The position numbers and the translations under genes were made by a program. A stretch of 61,127 nucleotides of DNA, filler included. It is 7 parts of 7 records of this genome, joined end to end, with 100 filler letters (N's around TTAATTAATTAA, not from the genome) between each part and the next. Parts side by side here need not be neighbours in the genome. Positions count along the whole stretch, not along the records: positions 1 to 11,362 come from SRR31156797_46408; positions 11,463 to 16,601 come from SRR31156797_46536; positions 16,702 to 27,845 come from SRR31156797_46541; 4 more parts are not named here. One strand, written 5' to 3'. Below the pieces are notes generated by a model that did no database searches, was not told where the DNA came from, and was given only the letters and a program-made list of their open reading frames with translations. Below are positions 8,191 through 18,010 of the stretch, one piece after another; the stretch's first letter is position 1; each line of letters begins with the position of its first letter.

Positions 8191-10161
8191 ATGACAAAAG
8201 AAGTTTACGGAAACATGGGGATAATCCTTCGCGTGGACCTGACAACCGGTTCAATAAAGCGTGAGGATGCCTCCAAATATAATGAAAAGTGGCTGGGTGG
8301 TCGGTGTTTGGCGCATTACCTGTTGTTCAACGAAGTGGACGTAGCCAAGACTGATCCGTTGTCTCCGGACAATAAGGTGTACATCGGTACTGGCGCATTA
8401 GGTGCGACCACCTTCCCCAGTTCTGGGCGTACTCATGCTTGCTATCTCTCTCCCATGAATTATTCCGGTTGGGGAGATTCCAACTGTGGCGGTCATTTTG
8501 GTCCGGCCCTCAAGCGGTGTGGTTATGACATGCTGGTCATCAGCGGCAAGGCCAAGAAGCCCGTGTATCTTTATATTGAAGATGACGAGGTCCGTCTTGA
8601 ATCAGCAGCCGAGACCTGGGGCAAAGGGACTATCGATACGCAGGCCGAGTTGATCGAAAAACATGGCGAACCGACCAAACTGCTTTGCATCGGTCAGGCC
8701 GGTGAAAATCTGGTTCGTTACGCCAATGTGCGTACTGAGACCACCAACTCCATGGGCCGTTGCGGCATGGGCGCAGTTTTTGGTTCCAAGAATCTCAAGG
8801 CCGTGGTTGCCAAGGGGTCCAAGCCCGTCAAATTGTTCAAGCCCAAGGAATTCTACAAGGTCACCAAGCAACTCCGTGATGAATTGATGGATCCGAAATT
8901 CGGTAAAGTCCATAGTGTCACTTACGAACTCATGTCCAAATGGGGAACGCCCGGCATCACCAATCTGATCGGGACCACGGGCATGGTGCCCATTCGTAAC
9001 TGGCAGCGGTGCGGCATTGATCCCAAGTTTGATCGTCTGGTGCGCTCATGGAGCAAAGATCATGGTACTCGTCGTGAAGCCTGTTTTGCCTGTCCTGTGC
9101 ATTGCCATGCGGCCTATGCGGTCAAGGGTGGCAAGTATCCCACACGCGGTGGCGGACCTGAATATGAAACCACGACGGCATTGGGCCACAAGTGCGACAT
9201 CACTGATGAGAAAATTGTCCTCAAGCTGAACACCATGTGTAACGACTATGGTTTGGACACTGTTGAGACCGGCGCCATGTTTTCCACCTTGATGGAATTG
9301 ATGGAACGGAAGCTTATCAACAAATCGTTTTTGGATGATATCGACATGCAGTTCGGCAACGGTGACGCCTGTGTCGCCATGATGCCCAAGATTGTGTTCC
9401 GTAAAGGGTGTGGCGATAATTTGGCTAATGGTCCATATCGCGTCGCCAAGGCGCTGGGTGAGAAGGCCTTGCAGTCTGTCTATCATCAGAAAGGTATGTG
9501 CGCCACGGGCGTTGAAACCCGCTCCACCATCGGTTCCATGCTTCAGTTTGCGGTTTCCCCGCGTGGTTCGCACCATCTGAATGGTTTGCCCACGGCAGAA
9601 TGGGTTAACATTCCGCCCGTGGCTATCAAGGTATCTGGCTTCAAGGAAGGTGGCGACGTTCGTTCTTATCATCCCGAAGCTAAGGCCCGTCTGGTGCAAT
9701 ACTATGAGAACATGTTCTTCCTGTCCGATAGCCTTGGCATCTGCAAGTTCAACTTCGGCCATCTTGGTTACTGGCATGATAAGGTCGAGGACCTTGATCA
9801 CATGTACGACTTGATTTGCCAGTCCATCTATTATGCTTCCGGCATCAAGTACACGACTGAGGAATTGTTCGAGATATTCGAACGTTCAAATCAGATTGAG
9901 CGTGCCACTATCGTCATGCGCGGTATTCGTCGTGAAGATGATCAGCCCAACTGGAAATGTCTGAACAAGGAATGTCCGGGTGAACATCCGGTTGGTCCGA
10001 TTCCGTTGCCCCCTATTGATGGCGTTAAGTACAACAAGATTCTGGATGCCTATTACAAGCAGCGTGGCTGGGATAAGGACGGCATTCCCGAGACAAAACA
10101 TCTTAAGAAACTCGGCCTCGATTTTGTGGCCAAGAAAATGAATAAAGCACTCTCCGCATAA
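8191..10161 (+). CDS. Aldehyde:ferredoxin oxidoreductase (AOR/WOR) family protein
   Basis: ILRVDLT, GRCGMGAVFGSKNLKA, CFACPVHC, GPEYET, YGLDT, DSLGICKF, YYKQRGWD. Confidence 0.92.
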   Translation: MTKEVYGNMGIILRVDLTTGSIKREDASKYNEKWLGGRCLAHYLLFNEVDVAKTDPLSPDNKVYIGTGALGATTFPSSGRTHACYLSPMNYSGWGDSNCGGHFGPALKRCGYDMLVISGKAKKPVYLYIEDDEVRLESAAETWGKGTIDTQAELIEKHGEPTKLLCIGQAGENLVRYANVRTETTNSMGRCGMGAVFGSKNLKAVVAKGSKPVKLFKPKEFYKVTKQLRDELMDPKFGKVHSVTYELMSKWGTPGITNLIGTTGMVPIRNWQRCGIDPKFDRLVRSWSKDHGTRREACFACPVHCHAAYAVKGGKYPTRGGGPEYETTTALGHKCDITDEKIVLKLNTMCNDYGLDTVETGAMFSTLMELMERKLINKSFLDDIDMQFGNGDACVAMMPKIVFRKGCGDNLANGPYRVAKALGEKALQSVYHQKGMCATGVETRSTIGSMLQFAVSPRGSHHLNGLPTAEWVNIPPVAIKVSGFKEGGDVRSYHPEAKARLVQYYENMFFLSDSLGICKFNFGHLGYWHDKVEDLDHMYDLICQSIYYASGIKYTTEELFEIFERSNQIERATIVMRGIRREDDQPNWKCLNKECPGEHPVGPIPLPPIDGVKYNKILDAYYKQRGWDKDGIPETKHLKKLGLDFVAKKMNKALSA

Positions 10162-10176
10162 TTAACCAACCGTACA

Positions 10177-10208
10177 GAAAAGGGCGAACCAGATGGTTCG
10201 CCCTTTTC
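10177..10208. terminator. Bidirectional terminator between AOR and sppA
   Basis: GAAAAGGGCGAACCA-ga-TGGTTCGCCCTTTTC. Confidence 0.85.
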
Positions 10209-10232
10209 CTTTTTAGACTATTGGATGCCTAA

Positions 10233-11210
10233 CTATTGGGCTAATCCTTGAGGCCATACATAATAAAATCCCGCTTTGGGCGGCATGATAAAGCCGGCAT
10301 CCAGACCGAGCAGGTTCATTTTGGTAGGATCAACCGAGTCCAATGTATTATACGGGTTGTCGTTGGGGTAGGTGTCGCGGCGGTAGCTGACGATCTGGCA
10401 GTCTTTCGGCAAGCCGGACAAGCTCCGAGCTTTGGCAAATGCGTCCTGAATATACCCCACTTGATCGATGAGACCGATTGTCTTTGCCTGATTGGCCGTG
10501 AATACACGCGCGGTTTTTACCGTTTCCATATCAGCGTCGGAAAGGTTGCGGTGTTTGGCGACGAGCATGTGAAAGCGCGCTGCGAAATCATCAATGATAG
10601 CCTGGAACAGGGCGTCTTCTTCTTTGGTTGTTGGACGGAAGGGAGACCCCATGTCTTTATCTCTGCCGGATTTGGAGACTTCAACGTCTACGCCGACTTT
10701 GTCCATGAGGCCGACCAATTTGGGTCGCATGAAGACCACGCCGACTGAACCGGTGATCGTGGTAGGATGGGCCATAATCCAGTCAGCCGGGAGGGCCGCG
10801 TAGTAACCTCCTGATGCCGCTACATCAAACATGGCGACAACGACTTTTTTACCGGTGCGTTTTTTGAAGCCGATGATCTCATGATAAAGTACGTCCGAAC
10901 CGGTGGTCGTTCCTCCGGGGGAGTCGATGGCAAGGACTACGCCTTTCACTTCGTCGTCCATTTCAGCGAGTTTTAATGCGCTAACGAGTTCCTGTACTTG
11001 GCTTGGTTTGGCGGCCAGCATTCCCTGTTTTGGTTGGGATGACAGGAATCCGCGTAAGTGGATCAGGGCTATTTTGCCTGTGCCTTCACCTTCCACTACG
11101 AATTCTTTGAGAGGTTCTGTGGCTGGGGATGCGAAGATTTTTATTTTTGGCGCACACGCCGGAAGGGTCATCAGGGTTATTAAGAGTGCAAGGATAATAC
11201 GAGATTTCAT
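10233..11210 (-). CDS. sppA: Signal peptide peptidase SppA (S49), likely lipoprotein
   Basis: DSPGG, AASGGYY, TGSVGV, SGRDKD; lipobox-like LPAC; GGAGG RBS before ATG 11210. Confidence 0.92.
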   Translation of the reverse strand: MKSRIILALLITLMTLPACAPKIKIFASPATEPLKEFVVEGEGTGKIALIHLRGFLSSQPKQGMLAAKPSQVQELVSALKLAEMDDEVKGVVLAIDSPGGTTTGSDVLYHEIIGFKKRTGKKVVVAMFDVAASGGYYAALPADWIMAHPTTITGSVGVVFMRPKLVGLMDKVGVDVEVSKSGRDKDMGSPFRPTTKEEDALFQAIIDDFAARFHMLVAKHRNLSDADMETVKTARVFTANQAKTIGLIDQVGYIQDAFAKARSLSGLPKDCQIVSYRRDTYPNDNPYNTLDSVDPTKMNLLGLDAGFIMPPKAGFYYVWPQGLAQ

Positions 11211-11362
11211 GGGGCCTCCAGAATTACTTTTTGATTTGAATATACTAGCTATTTGAGAGGTTCTTGCCAAGTAGGATTGAAGAGAAAGGAAGGCTGCGTT
11301 TCGCAGCGATGAAGAATGGAGGATGCGCCTCTGGCGAGAGCCATTGTTGGGTGCTGAAGCAC

Positions 11363-11462
11363 NNNNNNNNNNNNNNNNNNNNNNNNNNNNNNNNNNNNNN
11401 NNNNNNTTAATTAATTAANNNNNNNNNNNNNNNNNNNNNNNNNNNNNNNNNNNNNNNNNNNN
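11363..11462. other. Artificial contig spacer (N44-TTAATTAATTAA-N44)
   Basis: N-runs around an all-frame stop linker; composition changes across it. Confidence 0.98.
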
Positions 11463-11464
11463 TG

Positions 11465-11842
11465 TATTACAACAAGTGGACTTCAATGCTTGGAGGTGAA
11501 ATCAAAGAGAATGTCGCTTTTATCAAACCACTTAAAGAAAACTATAAAATATACGGATTAACCAATTGGTCGGCAGAGGCTTTTCCAACTGCACAGGAAA
11601 TATTTCCGTTCTTATACGAATTTGAGGGGATAGTTGTGTCAGGAGAAGAAAAGCTGATAAAACCAGATAAGAGAATATACAACGTGTTACTTTCCCGGTA
11701 TGATTTAAACGCTCCGGAGTGTCTTTTTATCGACGATAGTAAGGCGAATGTAGTAGCTGCTGAGGAGTTGGGTTTTAAGGTAATTCATTATACCAATGAA
11801 ACTGACTTGAAAAACGAATTGAAACAATTTTCTGTAATATAA
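11465..11842 (+). CDS. HAD-family phosphatase (5'-truncated)
   Basis: GLTNW, KPDKRIY, LFIDD motifs II-IV; frame open to the contig edge. Confidence 0.88.
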   Translation, partial: YYNKWTSMLGGEIKENVAFIKPLKENYKIYGLTNWSAEAFPTAQEIFPFLYEFEGIVVSGEEKLIKPDKRIYNVLLSRYDLNAPECLFIDDSKANVVAAEELGFKVIHYTNETDLKNELKQFSVI

Positions 11843-11862
11843 TCTAAGGACCCAATTAATAC

Positions 11863-11899
11863 CAAGTTGACCACAAAATACCGCATATAAATTTATTCT
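11863..11899. repeat. Intergenic repeat, copy 1
   Basis: CAAGTTGACCACAAAATACCGCATATAAATTTATTCT; 31/37 identical to 16202-16238. Confidence 0.75.
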
Positions 11900-11918
11900 T
11901 TTTCATTTCAATTTATTA

Positions 11919-14402
11919 TTAAAATTTTCTTTTTACTCCACGTAATGGTTCAGCATCCAAAGGATTATCCGGCCAATGGTGTTTCGGATATCGTGCTTTT
12001 AGTTCTTTTTTTACCTCAAAGTATGCATTCTGCCAGAAACTGTTTAAATCACTTGTAATTTGTACAGGTTTAAATCCCGGAGAAAGTAAATGCAGTAAAA
12101 CATTTATTTTTTTGTTGCACACCCTGGGAGTTTCCAGCAAACCAAATACTTCCTGCAGACGAACGGCTAATATCGGGGCCTCACCATTTGACTGATAATT
12201 TAATTTAATGTTTGAACCACTTGGTACTTTAATCCGATCAGGAGCAAGCTTTTCGAGCATGTTCTGAAGGTCGAAATCGAGGTGATGTTGCAAAACCTGT
12301 TTCAAGTCAATCTTTTTTAAATCTTCAGGTTTTTTTATGTTGGAAAGATAGGGGGCAAGCCAGGATTTGTTTGTTACGAGTAGATGGTTGGTACTAACAT
12401 CAGGCCATTTGTTGTTTTTATCCCAAATTCGAAGACTGTTTACCCGGTTTTGCCATTGTTTCACTTCATCGTTAAAATTTAAAAGCCAGGCCCCTTCCTT
12501 TTTTATGGCATCCGAAATAGCTTTAATCTTTAAGTCTTCATCGTAATTTCGTAAAGGTGTACTTTGAAGAACGATACTACCGATTCTGATTTCGCTACGG
12601 GCACTAAAACCACCATGTTTGGTATCCCACTTAATGGTTTCAACTGTTTTTACCATTGGCGCCAGGTCTTGTGGATTTAATGGGGAGGCCAGAAAGATTC
12701 TACCTCCACTGTCGCGGGCATTTAAGCTGGCTATAGCTAGCCAGTCTTCATGGGCCAGGTCATCTTCGTGGCCTGCAGCGGCTAAACTTCCGTTGGCCAG
12801 TTTAAATTGTGCGTTGTTACCAGGAGTGGCATGTGCAATCCGTTCGGGGTAGGCAAATGCCAGTAATAAACCAGTTTCAAAAGGATCTGCACTTGAATTT
12901 TCTTCGTCAACATCCAACATTTTTCGATATTGTTCAGCAATTCTGGCAATGTGTACAAGCCGCTTGTTTTTTAAGTTTCCGGAACGGAAACGGCGCAAAG
13001 CCTCTATTCTTAAATTAATGTCGATTCCTGCATCACGGTTAAGCGGATCGCGTTCCTCCAAAACAGCTGCGATATCGCAGGCCAGGGAACTTAGGCCTTC
13101 CTCTTTGGCAAGAATAAGCATATGCGCTAACCGGGGATGGCAAGGAAGTTTATGGATCGCTTTACCATGTTGCGTAATTTGTCCGTCTTCTACAGCTTCC
13201 AATTGGTGCAATAAATCAATTGCCTGTTCAACATGGCCTTTAGGTGGGGGAGTTAACCAGGTTAAACTACTGATATCTTCTACTCCCCACATGGCCATTT
13301 CCAATGCCAGGGAGGCCAGGTCTACTTCTTCAATCTCAGGTGTCCGGTGCTTGTTTAAACGGTTGTGTGTGGCTTTTGTCCACATACGGTAACAAACTCC
13401 GGGGCCTAAACGCCCGGCTCGTCCGGCACGTTGATCAGCCGAATCTATTGTTACATCCATGGTTTCCAGCCTGGACAACCCTGTGTTTGGATTAAATCGT
13501 AATGTTCGGCTAAAACCACTGTCAACAACTACTTTTACTCCTTCGATGGTTAAACTGGTTTCGGCAATTGAAGTGGCCAGAATAATTTTTCTGCGTCCCT
13601 CGCGACTGGGCATTAGAGCTGCAAATTGTTTCTGAGGAGGCAGCTGACCGTATAGCGGGTGAATGGCAATCCCTTTATGTTTAACACGCAATATTGTTTC
13701 ACACTTTTTAATTTCAGCTTCTCCGGGAAGGAAAACCAAAATATCGCCTTCTTGCTCTTTTACAGCTTTGTTAACTACACGGCTGGTAAGTTCAGGAAGC
13801 ATTTGCAGGTCGTTTTCACCTTCGAAAAATACATCTACCCGGTGTTGCCGGCCTTTACTAACCACCGAGGGTGCTTTTAGTAACCCGGTAAGTTGTGGCA
13901 TATCGAGTGTGGCCGACATAATCATAATCCTGAGATCAGATCGTAGAATTTGTTGAGTTTCGCGTGATAGGGCCAATGCCACATCGGCAAATAAACTGCG
14001 TTCATGAAATTCATCGAAAATAACAAGCCCTACACCTTCAAGTGCATTGTCGCTTTGCAGCATGCGGGTTAATATTCCTTCAGTTACTACCTCCAGCTGC
14101 GTATTGTTGCTTATACAATTATCAAAACGAATTCGATAGCCTACACGTTTACCAACTTTTTCTCCAAGTAACTCCGATAACCGTAATGCAATTGTTTTAG
14201 CAGCCAAACGTCGAGGCTCTAACATGATTATTTTTTGCCTTTTTAGCCAGTCTTCTTCAAGCAAAGCCAAAGGCAGAACGGTGCTTTTTCCTGCTCCCGG
14301 AGGGGCACTTACAATGAGTGTATTTGAATGCTGAAGATTGTTTTTTACCTCATTAATAACCTCAGTAATGGGTAAGTCTATATGGTATGGATCGAAACTC
14401 AA
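11919..14402 (-). CDS. hrpB: ATP-dependent DEAH-box RNA helicase HrpB
   Basis: APPGAGKST, DEFHER, SAT, QRAGRAGR, C-terminal YPKHHWP. Confidence 0.95.
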   Translation of the reverse strand: MSFDPYHIDLPITEVINEVKNNLQHSNTLIVSAPPGAGKSTVLPLALLEEDWLKRQKIIMLEPRRLAAKTIALRLSELLGEKVGKRVGYRIRFDNCISNNTQLEVVTEGILTRMLQSDNALEGVGLVIFDEFHERSLFADVALALSRETQQILRSDLRIMIMSATLDMPQLTGLLKAPSVVSKGRQHRVDVFFEGENDLQMLPELTSRVVNKAVKEQEGDILVFLPGEAEIKKCETILRVKHKGIAIHPLYGQLPPQKQFAALMPSREGRRKIILATSIAETSLTIEGVKVVVDSGFSRTLRFNPNTGLSRLETMDVTIDSADQRAGRAGRLGPGVCYRMWTKATHNRLNKHRTPEIEEVDLASLALEMAMWGVEDISSLTWLTPPPKGHVEQAIDLLHQLEAVEDGQITQHGKAIHKLPCHPRLAHMLILAKEEGLSSLACDIAAVLEERDPLNRDAGIDINLRIEALRRFRSGNLKNKRLVHIARIAEQYRKMLDVDEENSSADPFETGLLLAFAYPERIAHATPGNNAQFKLANGSLAAAGHEDDLAHEDWLAIASLNARDSGGRIFLASPLNPQDLAPMVKTVETIKWDTKHGGFSARSEIRIGSIVLQSTPLRNYDEDLKIKAISDAIKKEGAWLLNFNDEVKQWQNRVNSLRIWDKNNKWPDVSTNHLLVTNKSWLAPYLSNIKKPEDLKKIDLKQVLQHHLDFDLQNMLEKLAPDRIKVPSGSNIKLNYQSNGEAPILAVRLQEVFGLLETPRVCNKKINVLLHLLSPGFKPVQITSDLNSFWQNAYFEVKKELKARYPKHHWPDNPLDAEPLRGVKRKF

Positions 14403-14423
14403 GTTGATAATATTTTAGGGCTG

Positions 14424-14431
14424 CAAAATTA
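14424..14431 (-). promoter_or_regulatory. Bacteroidota-type -7 promoter element for hrpB
   Basis: Minus strand TAATTTTG matches TAnnTTTG, about 22 nt before the TTG start. Confidence 0.6.
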
Positions 14432-14710
14432 GTGAAATGTCTTTAGACTTTGATGGTTTAAAAATGAGGATCTCATAATTGTAATAAACAAGTTTTTATT
14501 ATTTTTACGGCGCATGGTTAAAACATCATTACATATTTCTTTGAGGAGACTTTCGGAGCTGGTGTAACCGGCAGGTGTCTTATCATATCTATTATCTTCA
14601 GTAATTTATTTTTATTGAGTGTGCTATGGCACCTGTGCTTCTGGTTAGAACAAACTTTTTGTTTAGCTCTTTTTCACCTATTTACAAAAAAATAATCATT
14701 TAAGAAGATC

Positions 14711-15262
14711 ATGAATATTACAGATATTGAAATAAAAATAGCTACGAAAGCAGATTATAACGAAGTAATGGAAATAGAAAAACTGGCTTTTGGGCAAGAT
14801 AAAGAAGCAAAACTGACTGCGGATTTGTTAGCTGATCCCACTGCAGATCCTTGTATTTCGTTGTTAGCTTTTTATAAAAACGAACCAGTTGGTCATATTC
14901 TTTTTTCAAGAGTAAGGTTAGAAGAGGAATCCAATCCTCTATTTCATATTTTAGCCCCACTGGCCATTAAACCTGATTTTCAGAATAAAGGAATTGGCGG
15001 TAAGTTGATTAATCGAGGGCATGAGATTTTGAAAGAAATGGGATCGGAACTTTCTTTTGTATTAGGACACATTACTTATTATCCCAGGTCAGGATATATC
15101 AATAATGCAGCAAAATTAGGTTTTCAAACACCATATCCTATCCCGGAAGAGGTAGTTGATGCCTGGATGGTTTACGAACTAAAACCAGCGTCAATTGGAA
15201 AATACGATGGCAAATTGATTTTTCCGGATGCCTTGATGAAACCTGAGTACTGGAGAGAATAA
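14711..15262 (+). CDS. GNAT family N-acetyltransferase (YhbS-like)
   Basis: VGHILFS, LAPLAIKPDFQNKGIGGKL, VLGHITYYPRSGY. Confidence 0.9.
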   Translation: MNITDIEIKIATKADYNEVMEIEKLAFGQDKEAKLTADLLADPTADPCISLLAFYKNEPVGHILFSRVRLEEESNPLFHILAPLAIKPDFQNKGIGGKLINRGHEILKEMGSELSFVLGHITYYPRSGYINNAAKLGFQTPYPIPEEVVDAWMVYELKPASIGKYDGKLIFPDALMKPEYWRE

Positions 15263-15349
15263 GGGTACAAAGAATTATTAATCGGTTATGTTTCCGGCAA
15301 TTAGGCAACTAAAGTTTCATTTATAAATGCAAAACAATACATTTGAATT

Positions 15350-16156
15350 ATGTTAGACATTCAACTCATAGTGTTGTTGTTGCTTGCCGGAAGCCTGGCC
15401 GGTTTTATTGCCGGGCTATTTGGGGTAGGGGGTGGAATAATTGTAGTTCCCGTTACGCTTTGGGTTTTAAAGGTACAACAAGTTGAATCAGTTTATATTC
15501 AGCATATGGCAGTGGGTACTTCGCTAACTGTTATGGTTTTTACTACTGCCATGAGTTCGGTTGGTCATTACCGAAAAAAAGCCATTCATTTAGGTGTATT
15601 TAAAAACATGGCACCCGGAATTATCATTGGTTCAACGATTGGTTCATTAATGGCAAGTTCCATTCCCAGTAAAACGCTTCAGGTGGTTTTTATCGTTTTT
15701 GCCTATTTGGTTTCGGTAAAAACCATGGTTGGATTTAATCCAAATTCCTCATGGAACCTTCCTAAACCTGCGGGGGTTTTTGGTATTGGCTCATTATTTG
15801 GCGGAATTTCGGGTTTGCTGGGTATTGGTGGTGGTGTATTTAATGTCCCATTTCTTTTATCGTGTAAGGTGCCGGTAAGAGAGGCTGTTGGAACCTCGGC
15901 TACTTTAAGCTGGAGTGTTGCAATTGCCGGTGCAATTAGTTACATGTGGTCGGGACTACAAGTAGCAGGTTTACCGGAAAAAACATTTGGTTTTTGCTAC
16001 TTACCTGTTGCAATTACCCTTATTATTACAACCAGTATTTTTGCTCCTTTGGGAGTACGTTTGGCGCATAAACTACCAGCTAAGCTTATGCAAATCATTT
16101 TTGGAATTATGTTACTGGCAATGTCAACGCAGATGTTATTTGAGTGGGTATTATAA
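15350..16156 (+). CDS. TauE/SafE (TSUP) family membrane transporter
   Basis: Duplicated GLFGVGGG / GLLGIGGG and AVGTS motifs; hydrophobic throughout. Confidence 0.9.
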   Translation: MLDIQLIVLLLLAGSLAGFIAGLFGVGGGIIVVPVTLWVLKVQQVESVYIQHMAVGTSLTVMVFTTAMSSVGHYRKKAIHLGVFKNMAPGIIIGSTIGSLMASSIPSKTLQVVFIVFAYLVSVKTMVGFNPNSSWNLPKPAGVFGIGSLFGGISGLLGIGGGVFNVPFLLSCKVPVREAVGTSATLSWSVAIAGAISYMWSGLQVAGLPEKTFGFCYLPVAITLIITTSIFAPLGVRLAHKLPAKLMQIIFGIMLLAMSTQMLFEWVL

Positions 16157-16158
16157 GA

Positions 16159-16194
16159 AATTCACCTGATGAACTAAAATCCATCAGGTGAATT
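16159..16194. terminator. Hairpin between convergent tauE and xth
   Basis: AATTCACCTGATG-N10-CATCAGGTGAATT perfect 13-bp stem. Confidence 0.7.
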
Positions 16195-16196
16195 AT

Positions 16197-16250
16197 ATTA
16201 TCAAATTGACCACAAAATGCCGCACATAAGCTTATACTCAAATTGGTATA
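16197..16250. repeat. Intergenic repeat, copy 2, with imperfect terminal inverted repeats (MITE/REP-like)
   Basis: TATATCAAATTGA...TCAAATTGGTATA (11/13 complementary); core shared with 11863-11899. Confidence 0.65.
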
Positions 16251-16255
16251 ACTTT

Positions 16256-16601
16256 TTATTGCAGCTCTATTCCAACCGGACAATGATCGGAACCCATTAC
16301 CTCGTTTAAAATCCAGGCTTTAGTTAATTGTGGCAGGAAACTCTGACTTACCAGAAAATAATCGATTCTCCAGCCAACGTTCTTGGCACGTGCACCTGCC
16401 CGGTAACTCCACCACGAGTATTTATTCGTTTCGCGGGGATAAAAATGTCTGAATGTATCAACAAATCCACCTTGTGAATACCGGTCCATTCCATCAATTT
16501 CTTCCTGCATAAAACCAGCCGACTTGTTGTAATTTGGTTTCGGACGGGCAAGGTCGATCTCCCTGTGGGCCACATTAAAATCGCCACAAACAATTACCGG
16601 T
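16256..16601 (-). CDS. xth: Exodeoxyribonuclease III (5'-truncated)
   Basis: GDFNVAH, YSWWSYR, GWRIDY, GSDHCP. Confidence 0.93.
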
Positions 16602-16701
16602 NNNNNNNNNNNNNNNNNNNNNNNNNNNNNNNNNNNNNNNNNNNNTTAATTAATTAANNNNNNNNNNNNNNNNNNNNNNNNNNNNNNNNNNNNNNNNNNN
16701 N
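16602..16701. other. Artificial contig spacer
   Basis: N-runs around TTAATTAATTAA. Confidence 0.98.
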
Positions 16702-17492
16702 GCACCGACAGACAATCCGCATTTACCTTTTCGTGCTCTGTGGGAATGAAATTCATGCTTATTGCAGGCTGTACATATATCAGCATCAATTATATTTGAT
16801 TCCTTTACGCTGCTTCTTAGCAATTGCAGTTTTACAGCCCTGGGCAGATTTACGTGTGCTTTTTCATAATCAGTGGATACTACTTTATCACTTCTGTCAA
16901 ATACTTTGTCAAATTCCTCCGCAACTTCATCTCCAACCTCGAAGCAGCACTCATGTATACACGGACCTATTGCACATATTAAATCTTTTGGATTTGTGTT
17001 ATAGGCTTTTGTCATTTTATACACAGTTTTTCCTGTAATGTTCATAACTGTTGATTTCCAACCGCTGTGTACCAGACCAATTGCTTCATTTATTGGATCA
17101 TAGAGATATATTATTGTACAATCTGCACTAAATTTGGTTAATGTGACATTTTTTCGATTTGTAATCAGAGCATCAGCTCGCTCCATTGGTTCATCATTCT
17201 GATAGTATTTATAGAAATCTTTATCCTCAACTTCATAAACATTGTCAGTATGAATTTGTCTGCTGAAAATGATATTATCATAGTCTGCATCAATAGCCTT
17301 AGCGAAAAGCTCTACATTCTTTGTCACATTGCTTCTGGTATCGCCTCGTACAACAGAGAAATTCATCTCTCCCAAATCGCCTTTTGTAACTCCACCATAT
17401 CTTGTAGTAAAAAAGGCAGATACTTTTGCATTACACATCTCATCTACCTTGTAGAGGGTAACTCCCTCTGAAACTATTTTCTCAAAACCCAT
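16702..17492 (-). CDS. pgeF: Peptidoglycan editing factor PgeF/YfiH (3'-truncated)
   Basis: FTTRYGG, QIH, ADALIT, SADC, VHSGW, IGPCI, CFEVG. Confidence 0.9.
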
Positions 17493-17516
17493 TTGTTTTG
17501 TCTGTCTCCTTAGCTT

Positions 17517-17969
17517 TTAGGTATTAATCAGCTTATTCAGCTCATCCTTAAATGATTCAATGTCCTTAAACTGCTTATAAACTGACGCAAAGCGAACGTA
17601 AGATACCTGATCAACATCCATTAACATATCCATTACCATTTCGCCGATTTCTTCGCTTGCTATTTCATTGTCCAAAGAATTATACACATATTTCTCTACA
17701 GCCGCAACTATATTATCTATTGCAGTAGCACTGACAGGACGCTTGTAGCATGATTTTATCAAGCCATTCCGTACCTTGTTAGGATCAAAAGGCTCTCTTT
17801 GACCATTATTCTTTACAACCAATGTAGTTGGCTGTTCGATTTTCTCATAGGTGGTAAACCGCCTGCCGCAGTTTATGCACTCTCTGCGCCGTCTGATGGC
17901 AGTACCGTCATCAGTAGGTCTGGAATCTGTAACTTTACTGTCCATACAGGAGCAATATACACATTTCAT
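17517..17969 (-). CDS. nrdR: Transcriptional repressor NrdR
   Basis: MKCxxC, DSR, IRRRRECxxCGRRFTTYE, ATP-cone, YVRFASVY. Confidence 0.97.
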   Translation of the reverse strand: MKCVYCSCMDSKVTDSRPTDDGTAIRRRRECINCGRRFTTYEKIEQPTTLVVKNNGQREPFDPNKVRNGLIKSCYKRPVSATAIDNIVAAVEKYVYNSLDNEIASEEIGEMVMDMLMDVDQVSYVRFASVYKQFKDIESFKDELNKLINT

Positions 17970-18010
17970 ATTATGCCTCCCAATTTAACTTAATCTACCC
18001 AATAAATATA

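Noticed and set aside
11407-11418. Recurrent TTAATTAATTAA palindrome as a biological repeat or CRISPR
   Set aside because: Always embedded in N-runs; it is an all-frame stop linker.
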